NCBI GenBank assembly: GCA_951406725.2
Contig: OX597827.1
Location: 56,792,001 to 56,856,000 of the forward strand
Source of the DNA: Octopus vulgaris
Lineage: Eukaryota
Reading direction: 5' to 3'
Length of the DNA: 64,000 bases
Positions 25,047 to 39,984 of this stretch are shown in pieces. Position 1 is the first letter of the stretch. Each line of letters opens with the position of its first letter. Position numbers and translations under genes: made by a program. The notes under the pieces are model-generated. The model searched no databases and had not been told where the DNA came from. It saw only the letters and a list, made by a program, of their open reading frames with translations.

Positions 25047-26188
25047 GTATTTATATTTGTGTGTGTGTGTGTGCCTTTGTGTCTGTGTTTGTCTCCACCC
25101 CCACTGGCTTGACAACTGGTGCTGGTGTGTGTTCTGTCCCTGTAACTTAGTGGTTTGCCAAAAGAAACCAATAGAATAAGTACCAGGCTTAAAAATAGAA
25201 GTCCTGGGGTTGATTCATTTGACTAAAAATTGAAGGTGGTGCCCCAGCAGGGCCACAGTCTAATGACTGAGACAAGTAAAATGATGAAAAAAAGATATAG
25301 CATGTATGTATGTGGTACATATATAATACAAAACCACATTAAAATACAAATCCAAAACTGAAGAAAACAAACATGAGTGAAGAAATAAAAAAAAGAGGAA
25401 AAAGAGGAAGAAAAAAAGAAAAAAAAACAAAGAACATCAATTCAACGTCAAGTGCCTCAGCTGGTCACATACCTATTTCTTTACTACCCACAAGGGGTTA
25501 AACACAGAGATGACAAAGAAGGACAGACAAACGGATTAAGTCGATTATATCGACCCCAATGCGTAACTGGTACTTATTTAATTGACCCTGAAAGGATGAA
25601 AGGCAAAGTCGACCTCAGCGGAATTTGAACTCAGAACGTAGCGACAGAGAAATACTGCAAGGCATTTCGCCCGGCGTGCTAACGTTTCTGCCAGCTCGCT
25701 GCCTTCAACTGGTCACATACTACAAGATTCGATGAAGCTTACTGAAGCAAGCCAGCATGTTCACCGTATTACCACAGGCAATGGCGAGGCTAAAGTGTTA
25801 GAATAGTCAAGCACTCTCTTGGGCATCATCTGACACTTTGATATGGTAAGCTGCCAATGATAACAAAGACTTCGTTGTTAGCAGCCAAGCCCCTCCAAAC
25901 ATCTCAAATACCACAGGCTGGAAGAAATGATTCACTGGCAAGTCTCAATACTTAAGGATTTTGTTCTATTGAGATATGAAAGTAGTGACCCTCCCGTTTA
26001 CTGCAACATCCAGGATGTGGGAAGGAGAAAGGAATCTAGTAAATTTGATGTGATTGTTGTCCAACTTGAACTTCTGTAGGAAAACTTGGGAAGGGAGAGA
26101 ATTCTAGAGAGATGAAACCTGTGTAGAAAAAAATGTAAGAATTGAGTAAAATATTTAATTCAGGGTTTGGAGCACAAGGAAATAAGTA

Positions 26189-26693
26189 CCATAAATCCTT
26201 GGGTATAGTCCACCCTTCAGTATAATACACTGGGGACTTTTATGGGGCTGTACCTCTGAAAAACCTAAACCTTGTGTATAATACGCACCTATTCTCTAAC
26301 TTGAGTCAAGGAGGTCTATATAACGTCCTTGGTTTGTAAAAATGTATACGGTAATGTCCTTTATTATTATTGTATATATAACATAGTGCAAACGTGTAGC
26401 TTTTTTGTGCATTTTGTTAGCAGAAAATAAAGAAATAACAGTAATAATGTTCAATAAATGTTACTTACTGCAAATTATGGATGATTCCTTTATGACTTCA
26501 TTGCTTTCAGGCTTAGCATTTTCGCCCCCGACATCACAAAATACATCTGAATAAACATTGCCGGACAGCAAATAGAGACTCGGACATTGCTTAGAAAATA
26601 ATTTTCATTTTTAACCTCGTGCATAATACGCACTAGGGATTTTGATCTTTAAATTTTGGGAAAAAAGTGCGGATTATACTCGAGGATTTATGG
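26189..26693. mobile_element. pogo/Tc2-like MITE
   Basis: TA|CCATAAATCCT.G.GTATA.TCC...GGATTATACTCGAGGATTTATGG|TA termini; internal (T)ATAATAC(G/A)CAC motif repeated. Confidence 0.8.
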
Positions 26694-27984
26694 TACTTTA
26701 AAAGTGGTGAAATACAGTGGTGTTGCGAAGAGGAGGATTAGTGGAGCAGTAGGTAGGCTTGGATAGCAGTAGTAATGTAGAAGAAGTGAGCAAAAGACAT
26801 TATAGTAGATATACTATGTCAACCATCTAGTGATGGTTGACATCACATGATAGTTTCAAATGAGCTTTACCGTCATACGAGCAGTGCTGTTTGATTCTAG
26901 TCTTCTGCGAAAAGCACTTTTGACCAAGAGAAAATATTACTTTATCTGGAAACAGATGAGGCTTAGCAACAGGAAGAGCATCCAACCATAGAAAATCTGT
27001 TCCAACAAAATTTCATGTGACCAATGCCAGCATGGAAAAGTGGATGTAAAAATGATGATAATGAATGCACCCTGGATTACATTGACCAATGTATTTTTGT
27101 AAGATTGTAGAGCTTGAGGTGAGTAAAATTCGACTGCTTTTTCTAGCAATCAGATAAACTGCATAGAAGCTCCTTTGTTAGATTACATTTTGTTTATATC
27201 AGGGGCCCCAAATATTTTAGACCATCGATCTCTTCATGGAATCCTTGACCCCCTCATCAACCCCCAGGCATGTACAAAAAAATAAATAAATAATAATAAT
27301 AATGAAGTAGATGTGTATTTAGCTACCCCTTGAATAGTCTCATTGACCTCCAGGGGTCAATATCAACCACTTTGGACACTTTGGACACGAATGTAAAATT
27401 TTCTGATAATGAGAGTTTTGGAGTATCTAAATTCATAACAAATCTGAAATAATTTGCATATATTTTATTAAAATTAGTGCGAAAATCTGATGCTGAAATT
27501 CATTAACAGAAGGGAAAAAAAAATGCAGCAAATTGCAAGAAATAGCTAATGCCAGTGAATGCATAATAACTAAGAGAGCATTTAAAAAGTTTACTAAGAA
27601 TAATATTGGACAATTTTTTTTGAAAAAAAGAAGTTTAAGTAGTAAATGCATAAAATAAATTGATAAACAAATTGATGACTGCCTTCTAGTCTGAATACTT
27701 GTCTGCCTGGCGAAATAAATGATGGATTGATGAAATCAGACAAACAAACAAAATTAATGAATGAACAAGAGAATGTTTCTATAGTCAAACAACTGTCTGA
27801 ATTGTGGCTATATTAAACCAAATCAATGAATAATCTCTGTTTATGAATCCCACAGCAGTTCTTGCTCTAATGTTTCACTTGAGTGCCATATCATTCTACA
27901 TTGGCCGAAGCACTTATTTCTCTTTCAGCAGAATTAATCATCAAATAGCTGACACCAACACATCTTTGTGCTGGTTTCTTCTTC

Positions 27985-27992
27985 ATTATTGC

Positions 27993-28061
<69 letters not shown>

Positions 28062-28075
28062 TATCATCATCATCA

Positions 28076-28149
<74 letters not shown>

Positions 28150-28150
28150 T
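27985..28150. repeat. (TAT)n/(CAT)n microsatellite
   Basis: Direct reading. Confidence 0.95.
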
Positions 28151-28389
28151 TGTACTTTTGTTTGCTTTGTAAACCTTCCTTACAGAATTTTATTGAAATG
28201 GTAATTTATGATTTAGAAATAATTTTAACCAATATAAAAATAAATAAATAAATAAAAACACTCAGTGAAATCTTCTATTTCAGATTTTTGGTGGGGTGTA
28301 TGGGTGGTGGGTATTTCAAGACTTCTTAATGAATGGATACATGCCTTGAAACATGTTCTTTATATCACCCTTTTTCAATCACTGCCACA

Positions 28390-28392
28390 ACA

Positions 28393-28458
<66 letters not shown>

Positions 28459-28745
28459 CCCACCCCCACCCCCCCCCCCACCACCACCACCACCACCACC
28501 ACCACCACCACCACCACCACCACCACCACCACCACCACCACCACCTAGTGCTATTACTACTGCTACTACTACTGCTGCTACTGTTGGTGCTGCTGGTGGT
28601 ACCACTACTGGTGCTGCTGTCGTGGCTGTTGCTGCTGTCGTGGCTGTTGCTGCGGTCGTGGCTGTTGCTGCTGTCGTGGCTGTTGCTGCTGTCGTGGCTG
28701 TTGCTGCTGTCGTGGCTGTTGCTGCTGTCGTGGCTGTTGCTGCTG
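28390..28745. repeat. Compound repeat: (ACT)n, (CCA)n, then ~7 x 18-bp GCTGCTGTCGTGGCTGTT
   Basis: Direct reading. Confidence 0.95.
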
Positions 28746-30312
28746 CCACTGCTGTTACCATCACTGCCACCTCCCCGCCATACCTCTGTATGTGTCTGTA
28801 GCATATATAGATATAAATGAAGGCATGATGCATATATCTGTCCATCCATCCATCCATCCATACATACATACATACATTCACATGTCTGCATGCCTACACA
28901 CATACATGCATGTGCGCACACACACACACACATGTAAAAATGTACTGTGAATGTATCATAGGTATAGGGTTAATCTTTTTTGTGTACACTATTAGAAAGT
29001 TTGTTGCTGCTTAGTACCAATCAGGTTGACCTTGGTTGAACAGGCTGATCAAAAGCATTCCAATTGTGACCATCCCATCTTAGAGGTTTATTTATCTAAG
29101 ATTACATTATCTAATTGCTTTCCAACATTGGCACCAATTCACAAATGTAGAAGAAACCTCTTTCCCTGAGTTGATTCAGATGGTTGTCATTTTATTGACT
29201 CCAGAAAGAAAATGGAACTAAACTAGTTACGGTGGGATTTGAACTCAGACTTTAAAGAGACAATGAACAACTGCAAAGCATTTAGTCCAATGCTTTATTA
29301 CTGTTACCAGCCACTCTACTCTTTTACTCTTTTACTTGTTTCAGTCATTTCACTGCGGCCATGCTAGAGCCCCGCCTTTAGTCGAGCAAATCGACCCCCG
29401 GACTTATTCTTTGTAAATCTAGTACTTATTCTATCGGTTTACAGGGACGTAAACACACCAGCATCAGTTGTCAGGTGATGTTGGGGGGGACAAACACAAA
29501 CACACAAACACAGACACACACATACATATATACATATATACGACGGGCTTCTTTAAGTTTCCGTCTACCAAATCCACTCACAAGGCTTTGGTCGGCCCGA
29601 GGCTATATTTGCCCAAGATGCCATGCAGTGGGACTGAACCCGGAACCATGTGGTTCATAAGCAAGCTACTTACCACACAGCCACTCCTGCACCTATATTC
29701 ATTCACACTATCTTTATTCATTCGCTAGAATATTGTCTAGTTGGCATTTTCAATTATTTACAAAATGCATGCACAAATACATGCATATACACACACATAC
29801 CACACACACACACACATACACACACACACATACAACACACACACACATACAACACACACATACCACAAATACCACACACACACATACCACATACACACAC
29901 TATATGCAGAAAGCAATGAAGTACAATTTAGCTGAGAGAAACTGCATATAAGAGACATCAGATATGTGAAAGAATGGAGACGGTGCTGGTATGTGTCTGT
30001 GATGCATATGAAGAATGGCAGTAATATAAACAAGCACCGAACACTCAAAGTCGATGGAATCCTCTCACCTCTCTGTTGCTTATTGCCATTCCTGTTCACT
30101 ATGACATTCCGCCCATGAAATGAGAGATAATGGATTTGTAATAGTTGCAGTCATGGCTGTGTGGTAAGAAGCTTGCTTCCCAACCACATGGTTCCAGGTT
30201 CAGTCCCACTGTATGGAACTTTGGGGCAAGTGTCTTCTGCTATAGTCTCAGGCTGACCAAAGGCTTGTGAGTGGATTTAGTGAATGGAAACTGGAAGAAG
30301 CTCATTATGTGT

Positions 30313-30398
<86 letters not shown>

Positions 30399-33143
30399 GT
30401 GTGTCTTTGTATCTGTGTTTGTCCCCTACCACCACTTGATAACTGGTGTTGGTGTATTTACATCCTTGTAACTTAGTGGTTTGGCAAAACAAAACTGATA
30501 AAATAAATACCAGGCATAGCAAAAAAAAAAAAAAATTAAAGTATTGAGATTGATTCATTCTACTAAAAGTGCTTCAGCATGGCCACAGTCTAATAACTGT
30601 AAACAAGTAAAAGATAAAAGATATTCAGTTTCACCCTCCCCCTCCCCCTCTACTCTTCTCTCCTTCCAATCATGATGCCTGAGTAACAAGGTTTAGCCTC
30701 AGAGCTGTTAATATTCAATGCCTATCTTCAGTAATGCTAACCATCACTTCTTCTCCTCCATGTCTCTCCTTATTGGCATCCATCAGTCTTTCAGCATTAC
30801 CCATCTCTATAACTACTCAACATTTGTGATCCGTTTCTTACCCCTAGTATTACTCACCTCCACTGCTAGCCACCACTCCCTCACCCCACATCACTTGTTA
30901 TTGTTACCATTGGCCATTCCTATGACTATCTCTCACTAGTTCTCCCTTTCACAAGTAAACATATAGTTACCACTAGCCTCTTATTCTCTCTTTTTACAAC
31001 CAGCCATTACTGTCTCTCTTCCATTACTTCACCTATCATTGTCTCTCCTGTTTCTCCTCATTTTTTTACACTGTCACCCTAGTCCACTGTTTCCTCTGCC
31101 AAGGCAACACCAATGTCTTCTCAATGATTAGTTAGAGATGATTTTTAAAAATGAGAATATCTGAAATAAACTTGGCTCCCCTCACAAACGAGAATACTAA
31201 AAATGAACCTGACTGCTCTCAAAAATTTTAAAAACAGGATGGAAAAATAATCCTGAATCCTTGTCTGGTCCTGGATCAATCCCAAAATCTAATCAGTTAA
31301 TGCTAGTCATGAGGCCAAACATCCCTGAAAGTTTCATCTGAATCCATTCAGTGGTTCTTGAGAGATCTTCTTCATGGACAAACAAACAAACAAACACGAC
31401 TGAAAACAATACCTCCGTCTTCACTAAGGTGGATGTAAAAATAGTACATTAGAGAATTTTGTTCTGGGAAAGAAGACAGGATGGTCACATCTGGAATAAC
31501 ATTGATCATAAGTCTGCTTACACAGTTAGAAATAGCAGGCAAATTTCCCTCAAATCACAACTTACCATTTCTTCAAATCAAAAAAAAAAATGGCATTAAA
31601 GAATTTGGTCCTGAGAAAGAAAACAGGATGTTCATATTTGGAATACCATTAATCATAAGTCTGCTTGATCAAGGTTGACCTACGACTAAACAACAAGAAT
31701 GGAAAGACATGGTCAGGAATAATGGGAATAAGAAAGACATTTGCTAAAAGCTATGCTTTTAAAAATAGCAATTTGAATGAAAGCATATGGAAATGTAATA
31801 AGAGAAATGTGTTTACTATATGAATATGTATGCATACAGGCCTTCCTGTGTGTCTGCCTGTTTGTCTAACTCAATATTCCCCACTACATATGTATATTTC
31901 CATCTCCATATGCACTCTTTGAATTTCTATGTGTGTATATATACATATTACATATATATGCAAATATATAGTCATGTACTCCTTCACATGCACACATATA
32001 CATAGACAGACTGACACATATACGCATACATAAATATATACGCATACATACATATATACACATACATACACATATGCTTATGATGATATAGTCTGTTAAA
32101 GATCATACATTGTTATTTCAAAGCTGCATTAAAATCTAAGCCAAATGTGAGCAGCTTTTTTGAGAAGTGAGCCACATGAGACATGGTTCATCATCAGGTA
32201 GACTGCACTATTAGCACGCCGGGCGAAATGCTTAGCGGTATTTCGTCTGTTGTTACGTTGTGAGTTCAAATTCCGCCGAGGTCAACTTTGCCTTTCACCC
32301 TTTCAGGGTCGATAAATTAAGTACCAGTTATGCACTGGGGTTGATATAATTGACTTAATCCGTTTGTCTGTCTTTGTTTGTCCCCTCTGTGTGAGCCCTT
32401 GTGGGCAGTAAAGAAATAGGTAGGCTGCACTACAGAAAAATTTAAGCTAACTTTTCATTATGTGTGCCATTAAGTAAGTCCTGTGGGCTGCAGATTTCCT
32501 GTGGTTTATGTAAGCTATCTTCAGACAAAATATCCTGATTTTCATAGAAGACTAGGGAAACCAGGATGTATACATACAAAAGCTTCCAGTAAAAATCGCT
32601 GTAAGGAAACATAGCTCATTACATATTAATGTTGGTAAGAATAGCTTATTTTCTTTGCATAATTAGAGTTACCACATTTGGGGTGGAGGAATGCCCCATT
32701 GCAATGCATTTCTACATCCATCATTTGTTGGTATTTGCTCAGGTAAGCCAGGCAACTCTCTGAGCAGTGTCCCAGACAGTCTCCACCTATGTGAAATACT
32801 TCCTCATCTGCTATGACTGTGTAGCATGTAGCCTACCAACACAAACCATCACCTCAGCCAGATCCTGTGTATTACGGATATAATATGTTAAAAAATAATA
32901 AAGATGAAAAAGAAATATTTGAATAAAAGATACAAAATATAAAATGTTGAAAAAAAAAAAATACGAAAAGAATGTGAGATGTAATTGAAGTTGTATGGGA
33001 ATTTATATGAAAATATAGAGAGCTGAAATGGGTATATAATAGGTTCAAAGTGAGGTATATAAGAAAACAAAAGACATACACACACACACACTTATATAAG
33101 CATATATATACTACCATATAAATATATATATAAGCATATATAA

Positions 33144-33177
<34 letters not shown>

Positions 33178-33182
<5 letters not shown>

Positions 33183-33372
33183 GAGTATAATTATAATTAG
33201 GGTTCAGCAAAGATTTGCTTTACCACATACTGAACTTTAGAAATAGTAGCCAAAGAACCTTAGCTATTTCTTCTATTATAAGAAGAAATACGTTCTTTGG
33301 CTGCTATTTCTAAAGTTCGGTATGTGGTAAAGCAAATCTTTGCTGAACCCTAATTATAATTATACTCATAAT
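33178..33372. repeat. Near-perfect inverted repeat (81-bp arms plus inner 10-bp stem)
   Basis: 33178-33258 vs 33292-33372 with 2 mismatches; inner TATTTCTTCT/AGAAGAAATA. Confidence 0.95.
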
Positions 33373-33484
33373 TATAAAATATTGTTTAAGTTTACCGAAA
33401 AAGGTCCTTTTAACATGCTGATTACTACTTGATGGAATAATTAATTACTAGTTAATTAATTAATTTTACCCATTATTATTATTG

Positions 33485-33517
<33 letters not shown>

Positions 33518-33718
33518 TACACATACATAGATATATATATATACATATACATATATACATATATATTTCTAGAGGGCTGTAGGCCCTTGGAATCATTCTG
33601 CTCTATATTTTATATAATTAATGATACTTTATATAAATGATATTAGGCAATACAACTCTGACCATAATAAAACCTCTGACCAATTATTCTTCTTCACTTT
33701 TGCATCATTAGTAATTGC

Positions 33719-33782
<64 letters not shown>

Positions 33783-34309
33783 GTTGTTATTTTTTTTGTT
33801 ATGTATTTATTTCATTATTCTATTCTTCCATTCATCAGATAATCTGTTGTTCTGCTTTAACCACCTCAGGACTATTTTTTCAATCAACTCTAGTGCTAAC
33901 GGTTCATTTGTTTTCATCATTTCTACACCGATTCCATTGGGCTCTGGTACTTATTTTGTTATATTCCATAGCAATGTAATTTCTTCCATTTGGTTGTATT
34001 TAGCTCAATGATTTCTCTTTCTGGTTTCGGACAAATGTCTAGAATTATACAAGATCCCACTGCATTTCGGATATAATGAATTCATGAAAAACTTGCTGTC
34101 GTTTGAAATCCTGTAATGTGAAGTTAATTTTTCCCATTGATTTTCATGTGATTTAGTGATAATGCAGTTCAATGGAGTTTTAAGATAAATAAATAAATAA
34201 GTAAATAAATAACAAGACAAGCAACATGACATCTTTTACCGTCATTTTATGTATGAAAACAGCAATTTATAAACTTAGGCAGTACATCATCATCATTATC
34301 ATTGTCCCC

Positions 34310-34742
34310 TTCTTCCTCCTTCTCCTCCTCCTCTTCCTCCACCACCACCACCTCCTCCTACTTCTCCACCATCACCACCTCCTCCTCCTCCTCCTCCTTC
34401 TCCACCATCACCACCTCCTCCTCCTCCACCACCACCACCACTTCCACCTCCTCCTCCTCATCCATCACCACCATCACCACCACCACCACCACCATCACCA
34501 CCACCACCACCACCACCACCACCACCACTTCCTCCTCCTCCTCCACCACCACCACCACCACCACTTCCTCCTCCTCCTCCACCTCATCCTCCACCACCAC
34601 CTCCTTCTCCACTACCACCACCATTTCCTCCTCCTCCTCCTCCATCACCACCACCACCACCACCACCACCACCACCACCACCACCACCACCTCTTCCTCC
34701 CCCTCCTCCCCCTCCTCCTCCACATCCTCCTCCTCCTCCACC
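34310..34742. repeat. Mixed (CCT)n/(CCA)n low-complexity tract
   Basis: Direct reading; explains the S/T, H/L and E/V ORFs. Confidence 0.95.
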
Positions 34743-34770
34743 CACGTGTCTTATATACTATATTCACAGA

Positions 34771-34904
34771 TATCTGTGAATATACCATGTAAAATATCTA
34801 TGAAGATGCCATATAAAATACTTGTGAATATACAATATAGAATACCTACGAATATGCTATATAGAATATCTATGAATATACCATGTAAAATATCTACGAA
34901 GATA
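34771..34904. repeat. 24-bp minisatellite, ~5.5 units
   Basis: Units like TATCTATGAATATACCATGTAAAA. Confidence 0.85.
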
Positions 34905-35643
34905 GTTGATACGTGTGCTCATCTGGACTGCAGCTTATAATAGTCTATATAATCTCCCGCTTCTCTTTTTTCCATATTTTCTCCTTTCCTTTCTGCCTCT
35001 ATCATTTGCTTCTCATCTTCTCATCTTTACTTTTATCCCCACTTGTTCTCTCTCCCCCCTCTCTCTCTCTGTTACTTTGTACCCAATTATTTACACTCAC
35101 ATATACCCACCCCACACGAAGTATTGCCACTCTAACGGAAAGCGAAAACTAAAATAGAACTTCAGAATTTAGATAGGTAAACATCCAAAGTATGCAAGAC
35201 TGGTATTCTTCCATTGAATTCTGTAATTGTAGAGGAAAATGTTTTAATTAGTGGTGAGTGTAAATAAATCAATGGAAGTATTAATTATACATTTCTACAC
35301 CAGTGACTTTCTAGAAAATTCTTTGTATATCTATTTAAGAATAGACATGTATTAATCAAGCAAATAACTATCTGCTGCCAAAGTTATTTTGTTTCTTTTC
35401 TTTTCTTTTTTTAATTTGATCTTCATAACTGTTGTTTATTTGTGCATGGCTGTGGGTGGAACAAGGTTTCATGTTTGGACAGATTGCATGCGTTATAACT
35501 GCAATATTTTATCATACAAGTTTTTATAATGTTGCAGAATATTCCTTCTCTTTGTAGCAACAAGAGAACAGTAGGAAGCTTTTATAATAATTAACTTTAT
35601 CTTGGTGTATTTAGTATTAATTTAGTTTAAATGTGTTTTTATG

Positions 35644-35677
<34 letters not shown>

Positions 35678-35756
35678 CATGCACCCACATGTGTGTAGCA
35701 CATTGCTGTACTTGGGAAGACTTGCTCACCACAACAGAATTGAGATCAATGACTTG

Positions 35757-35985
35757 TTTAATCCTTTAGCATTCAGATTTCTCTGTCAAGCATAATGTTT
35801 ATTTATTGACATTGATTTGAATTAGTCATGCATTACCTTGTAGCTTTGAGATTTCAGTGACATGGTTGTTTATTTTCAGAATGACATTGTAGAGTAGGTG
35901 TAAGAGGCTGGATCTGGCCAATCTGAAGATAAAACAGATAGATTATTCCGGCTGGATATGGCTGATGTAAATGCTAAAGTGTTAA
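35757..35985. mobile_element. piggyBac-type MITE, second family (also ~50757-50949, ~54410-55047, ~58770-58997)
   Basis: TTAA..CTTTAGCATT...AATGCTAAAG..TTAA termini and shared internal sequence between copies. Confidence 0.7.
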
Positions 35986-37190
35986 ACCACACTGTATCAC
36001 CTTAAATTTCAGCAGGTTTAGTTAATTGACAGGTAATGTCATTGAGTGTTGAGTTGAAAAGACAGAGAAAATTCCAAAGAGTAAAAGCATTATCAGAAAA
36101 GGCAGAATTACTTTTGTTCTATCCATTCATTTTGCACCATCCATTCATTGAAATTAACCATTGGTTGTGTCTAGCAGCTGAGATTGTTCAATGACCCTAA
36201 TTATTTAGCCTCACCAAACACAACAAAAGCACTGGAATCTGGTGTTCAACATATTGATCCGCTCCCGTTTACGTGCTTAATAATAGGTTGAGGTTTCAAG
36301 GATTCAATCAATAATCTGAATATTATTACTGGGTGTAAAGTTAACATGATGAGGTTTAAATCATTGTTCAGTGATTGTGCTATCTCTTGCATGACAAAAC
36401 ATATTATTTTGCTTGTCTTGAACCCTTTCTAGCTGAGTGTAGGCATCACTCTGATTTCAACTGTTATTATAACCCTTTTGTCCAAAATGGTTTAATCAAA
36501 TTAATTTATTAAGGGAAGCATGAAAAAAATAGTGTGATTCTTAAAAAGGAAGACGCTTCAGAATATTGAAGCGAAAGGAAATAGTTACAAAAATCTTTGA
36601 CAGCTCCTGTAATTGAAATAATCAAATGGAGTAGATACAAGGCTGCACACAGTCACTGTTGTTGCTTTTTAGCCCCAGGTCAGCAATGATTGAACAAATG
36701 TAAGATCAAAGGCATGCCAGCCTAGACCGTCTCAACTTTATGACATCTGTGAAGGCATGTGGTGAAATGGTTAGGGAATTTGGCTCACTAACGTATGATT
36801 GTGAGTTCAGTACCCAGTGACACATTGTGTCCTTGAGCAAGACACTTTATTTCACATTGCTCCAGTCAACTCAGTAGGCAAGCACAAGTTATTCCTGTAT
36901 TTCAAAGGGCCAGCCTTCTCACATTCTGTGTCATGTTGAATCTCCCTGAGAACTTTGTTAGTGCCACTTTTCTTTTATTCTTTTATTTCTTTCAATCACT
37001 TGACTGTGGCCATGCTGGAGCACCGCTTTTAGTTGAGCAAGTCGACCACAGGACTTATTCTTTGTAAGCTTAGTACTTATTCTATTGGTCTCTCTTTTGC
37101 TGAACCACTAAGTTACAGGGACGTAAACACACCAGCATCGGTTGTCAAGCGATGTTGGGGTGACAAACACAGATACACAAACATATGCAC

Positions 37191-37221
<31 letters not shown>

Positions 37222-37682
37222 TATATATACACACACACATATATATACGATGGGCTTCTTTCAGTTTCTGTCTACCAAATCCACTCACAAGGCTTTGGTC
37301 GGCCCGAGGCTATAGTAGAAGATACTTGCTCAAGGTGCAACGCAGTGGGACTGAACCCGGAACCATGTGGTTGGTAAGCAAGCTTCTTACCACACAGCCA
37401 CTCCTACGCCTACCTTAATATTCCATCTCTTTCTGTCTCTCTCCACCTGGGGTAGCCATGTATCTCCTTTACAGCAAGACACCTGTTCCTCTTCCTCTCT
37501 CTCTATCATTCTTTAACCTTTCAATACCTGGTATAAAGTCACCCCCTTTCAATACTTCATTCAGTTGAAGGGGTCTTATCTTACTTGGTGATCTCCTTAG
37601 TTTCACTGCCACAAAAAAGGGCATCTAATACACTTTGTAAATTGGTTGGCATTAGCAAGCCATGAAAACCATGCAAGAGCAA

Positions 37683-37841
37683 ACATTGGGGCCCAACAGC
37701 CATGTCAAAATAGACATTGGGGCCCAACAACCATGTCAAAATAGACATTGGGGCCTGACAACCATGTCAAAATAATTGGAGTCCAATAACCATGTCAAAA
37801 TAGACGTTGGGGCCCAACAACCATGTCAAAATAGACATTGG
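37683..37841. repeat. 31-bp minisatellite, ~5 units
   Basis: Units like ACATTGGGGCCCAACAACCATGTCAAAATAG. Confidence 0.9.
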
Positions 37842-37916
37842 AGCTTGATGCAGCTCTCTGGCTTATCATATCCCATTGAACTGTCCAACCCGTATCAACG
37901 TGAAAAACAGGAAATC

Positions 37917-37980
<64 letters not shown>

Positions 37981-39909
37981 TGAGAGAGAGAGCAGATGAA
38001 AGAGGATTTAGAAATCTGAGTGGTTTTCTCAGCACTCCTAAACAGTTTTTCTTAAATAAATATGCTTTGCTGAGAAAGATTAATAAGACTGAAACATATC
38101 TGAATGGAGTGTGTGTGTGTACATGTGTATATATGTATTTGTGGGTAAGAGAGAGACAAAGTTTTGATCAAAGACACTGATATATAAAAATATATATTGC
38201 TTTTAAAAAAATCTAACAAAAGTGAAATGTAACAGTCATACTATTTATAATATGTGCATGTTTTAAGTAGTTATCATCACTTCACTGTGATGTTCTTGTT
38301 TTGGTTTCAACTCTCTTTTCAAATTACCTTCCAATCAAGTTGAGATTTAAGATTTATTTTTATGAATTTTCCTCTCAATACTAATTCTGTTCACCTTTAA
38401 GAATATATTTTGTTTTGGATGGCAATGATGGAATCATAGCGTTTTGTAAACAGGTCTTCATTAATTTATATGCATATTTATTCTGCTATGTGTTCATCCA
38501 CTTTTGCAAATATTTGACTGAATCATTAAACATTTAAAATACTTCTCAATTATTGATGCTTTTGTTTTTGGTGCTGGGTGAGGTGTTTGGAGGAATTTTC
38601 TTAATATTTAGATGAAATTGATTTTGAGAAATTATTTAACAAAAGTATAATATTAGTATTGATTTAAAGAATTTTTGAAACATTTTGAAAAATTCATATT
38701 TTTTTTGTAAATAAATTTAATAAATTTTATCTTAAGTATAAGCAAACATTGATTTTCCACATTTTTACTGATGACTCACATGTTAATGTTAGCACCAAGT
38801 CATTTCATGGATGAAATTGAAAAACAAACAAGCCAAAATGATTATCAATTTACAATTATTTCTCAATATGTAAAGAAAAAGAAAATTTAAAAAATACTGT
38901 GGTTGTTTGATGGTGAAAATGTTTTAAAAACTGCATTTCTTTTAGAAATTGTCAAAAGTTTTATTTCTTGTCAATTCAAAACTCTTTTCGGATTGATTCC
39001 TCCTAAATCTATATATGTTAGTTGGCGGTTATTATTGAGAAAGTTTATTGATATATTTTTTTATTGTCAGCAATAAAAGGAAATGTTAAAATATAACATT
39101 TTATTTTAAACTCTAAACCATGAGAATTGGGGAATGGTGAACATTTCTGAGGTTTTTTTATATTACAATTACATCAACCCTTTTTTAAAATTGTTTTTTA
39201 AAGTGTGCAAATAAATATTTGTTCAAAGAGTGGTGGAGTTTAATTTTTTGTTCTTCATTAGTTCACATCTTAGAATTTTATTCTTCCATATTAAATGCCA
39301 ATTGTTAGAAAATGTTTTGTGATGTGAAGTAATTTTCTACAGTTTATTGCAATAACTATGTTAAACATCTATTGCAGATGCAATCATTATTATAATAGAG
39401 TAAAATGATATATATAAACATAATGAAGTGATATATATATATATATATACAAATGAAACATTGCCGTAGAAACAATGCCAGATCAGACTGGGCCTGGTGC
39501 AACCTTTTGACCTCCCAGACCCCAGTTGAACAGTCCAACCCATGCTAGCATGGAAAGTGGACGCTAAATGATGATGATGATGATGAAGTGAGTTCATGGC
39601 TTGCAGGATAGCCTGCTGTGCTTACCTTGGATTGTTGGGCGACCTGTTGTGCTTGAGGAGACCTATTGAGTCAAGTACATCAACATCAAAGTAAAAATCA
39701 AATAGAAATTGTTACTCAAGAAACAGGAAGAGAGAGCGAGAGAAAGTTGTGGTGAAAGAGTACAACAGGGGTCACCACCACCCCCTGCTGGAGCCTCGTG
39801 GAGCTTTTAGGTGTTTTCTCTCAATAAACACTCACAATGCCCGGTCTGGGAATCGAAACCGCAATCCTACGACCATGAGTCTGCTGCCCTAACCACTGGC
39901 TCCACATAT

Positions 39910-39984
<75 letters not shown>

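Noticed and set aside
27843-28933. Long poly-Y/L/P/T/H/G/S ORFs
   Set aside because: Translations of trinucleotide and 18-bp repeats.
32667-32742. Cryptic + strand exon (ttag...cag|gtaagc)
   Set aside because: Its 76 nt would frameshift dynein, and the flanking exons already join seamlessly.
34045-34110. Possible minus-strand terminal exon (ttacag|DFKRQQVFHEFIISEMQWDLV*)
   Set aside because: No recognisable homology and no partner exons found.
34226-34940. 188-212 aa mucin-like or His-rich ORFs
   Set aside because: They arise from the (CCT)/(CCA) tract and a 24-bp minisatellite; no domain or splice support.
37033-37418. Recurrent ORFs ending ..QIHSQGFGRPEAIVEDTCPRCHAVGLNPEPCGW
   Set aside because: Antisense translations of SINE family A, not a gene family.
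37683-37841. 31-bp repeats resembling a CRISPR array
   Set aside because: Units are contiguous with no unique spacers, there are no cas genes, and the context is a eukaryotic intron; it is a minisatellite.
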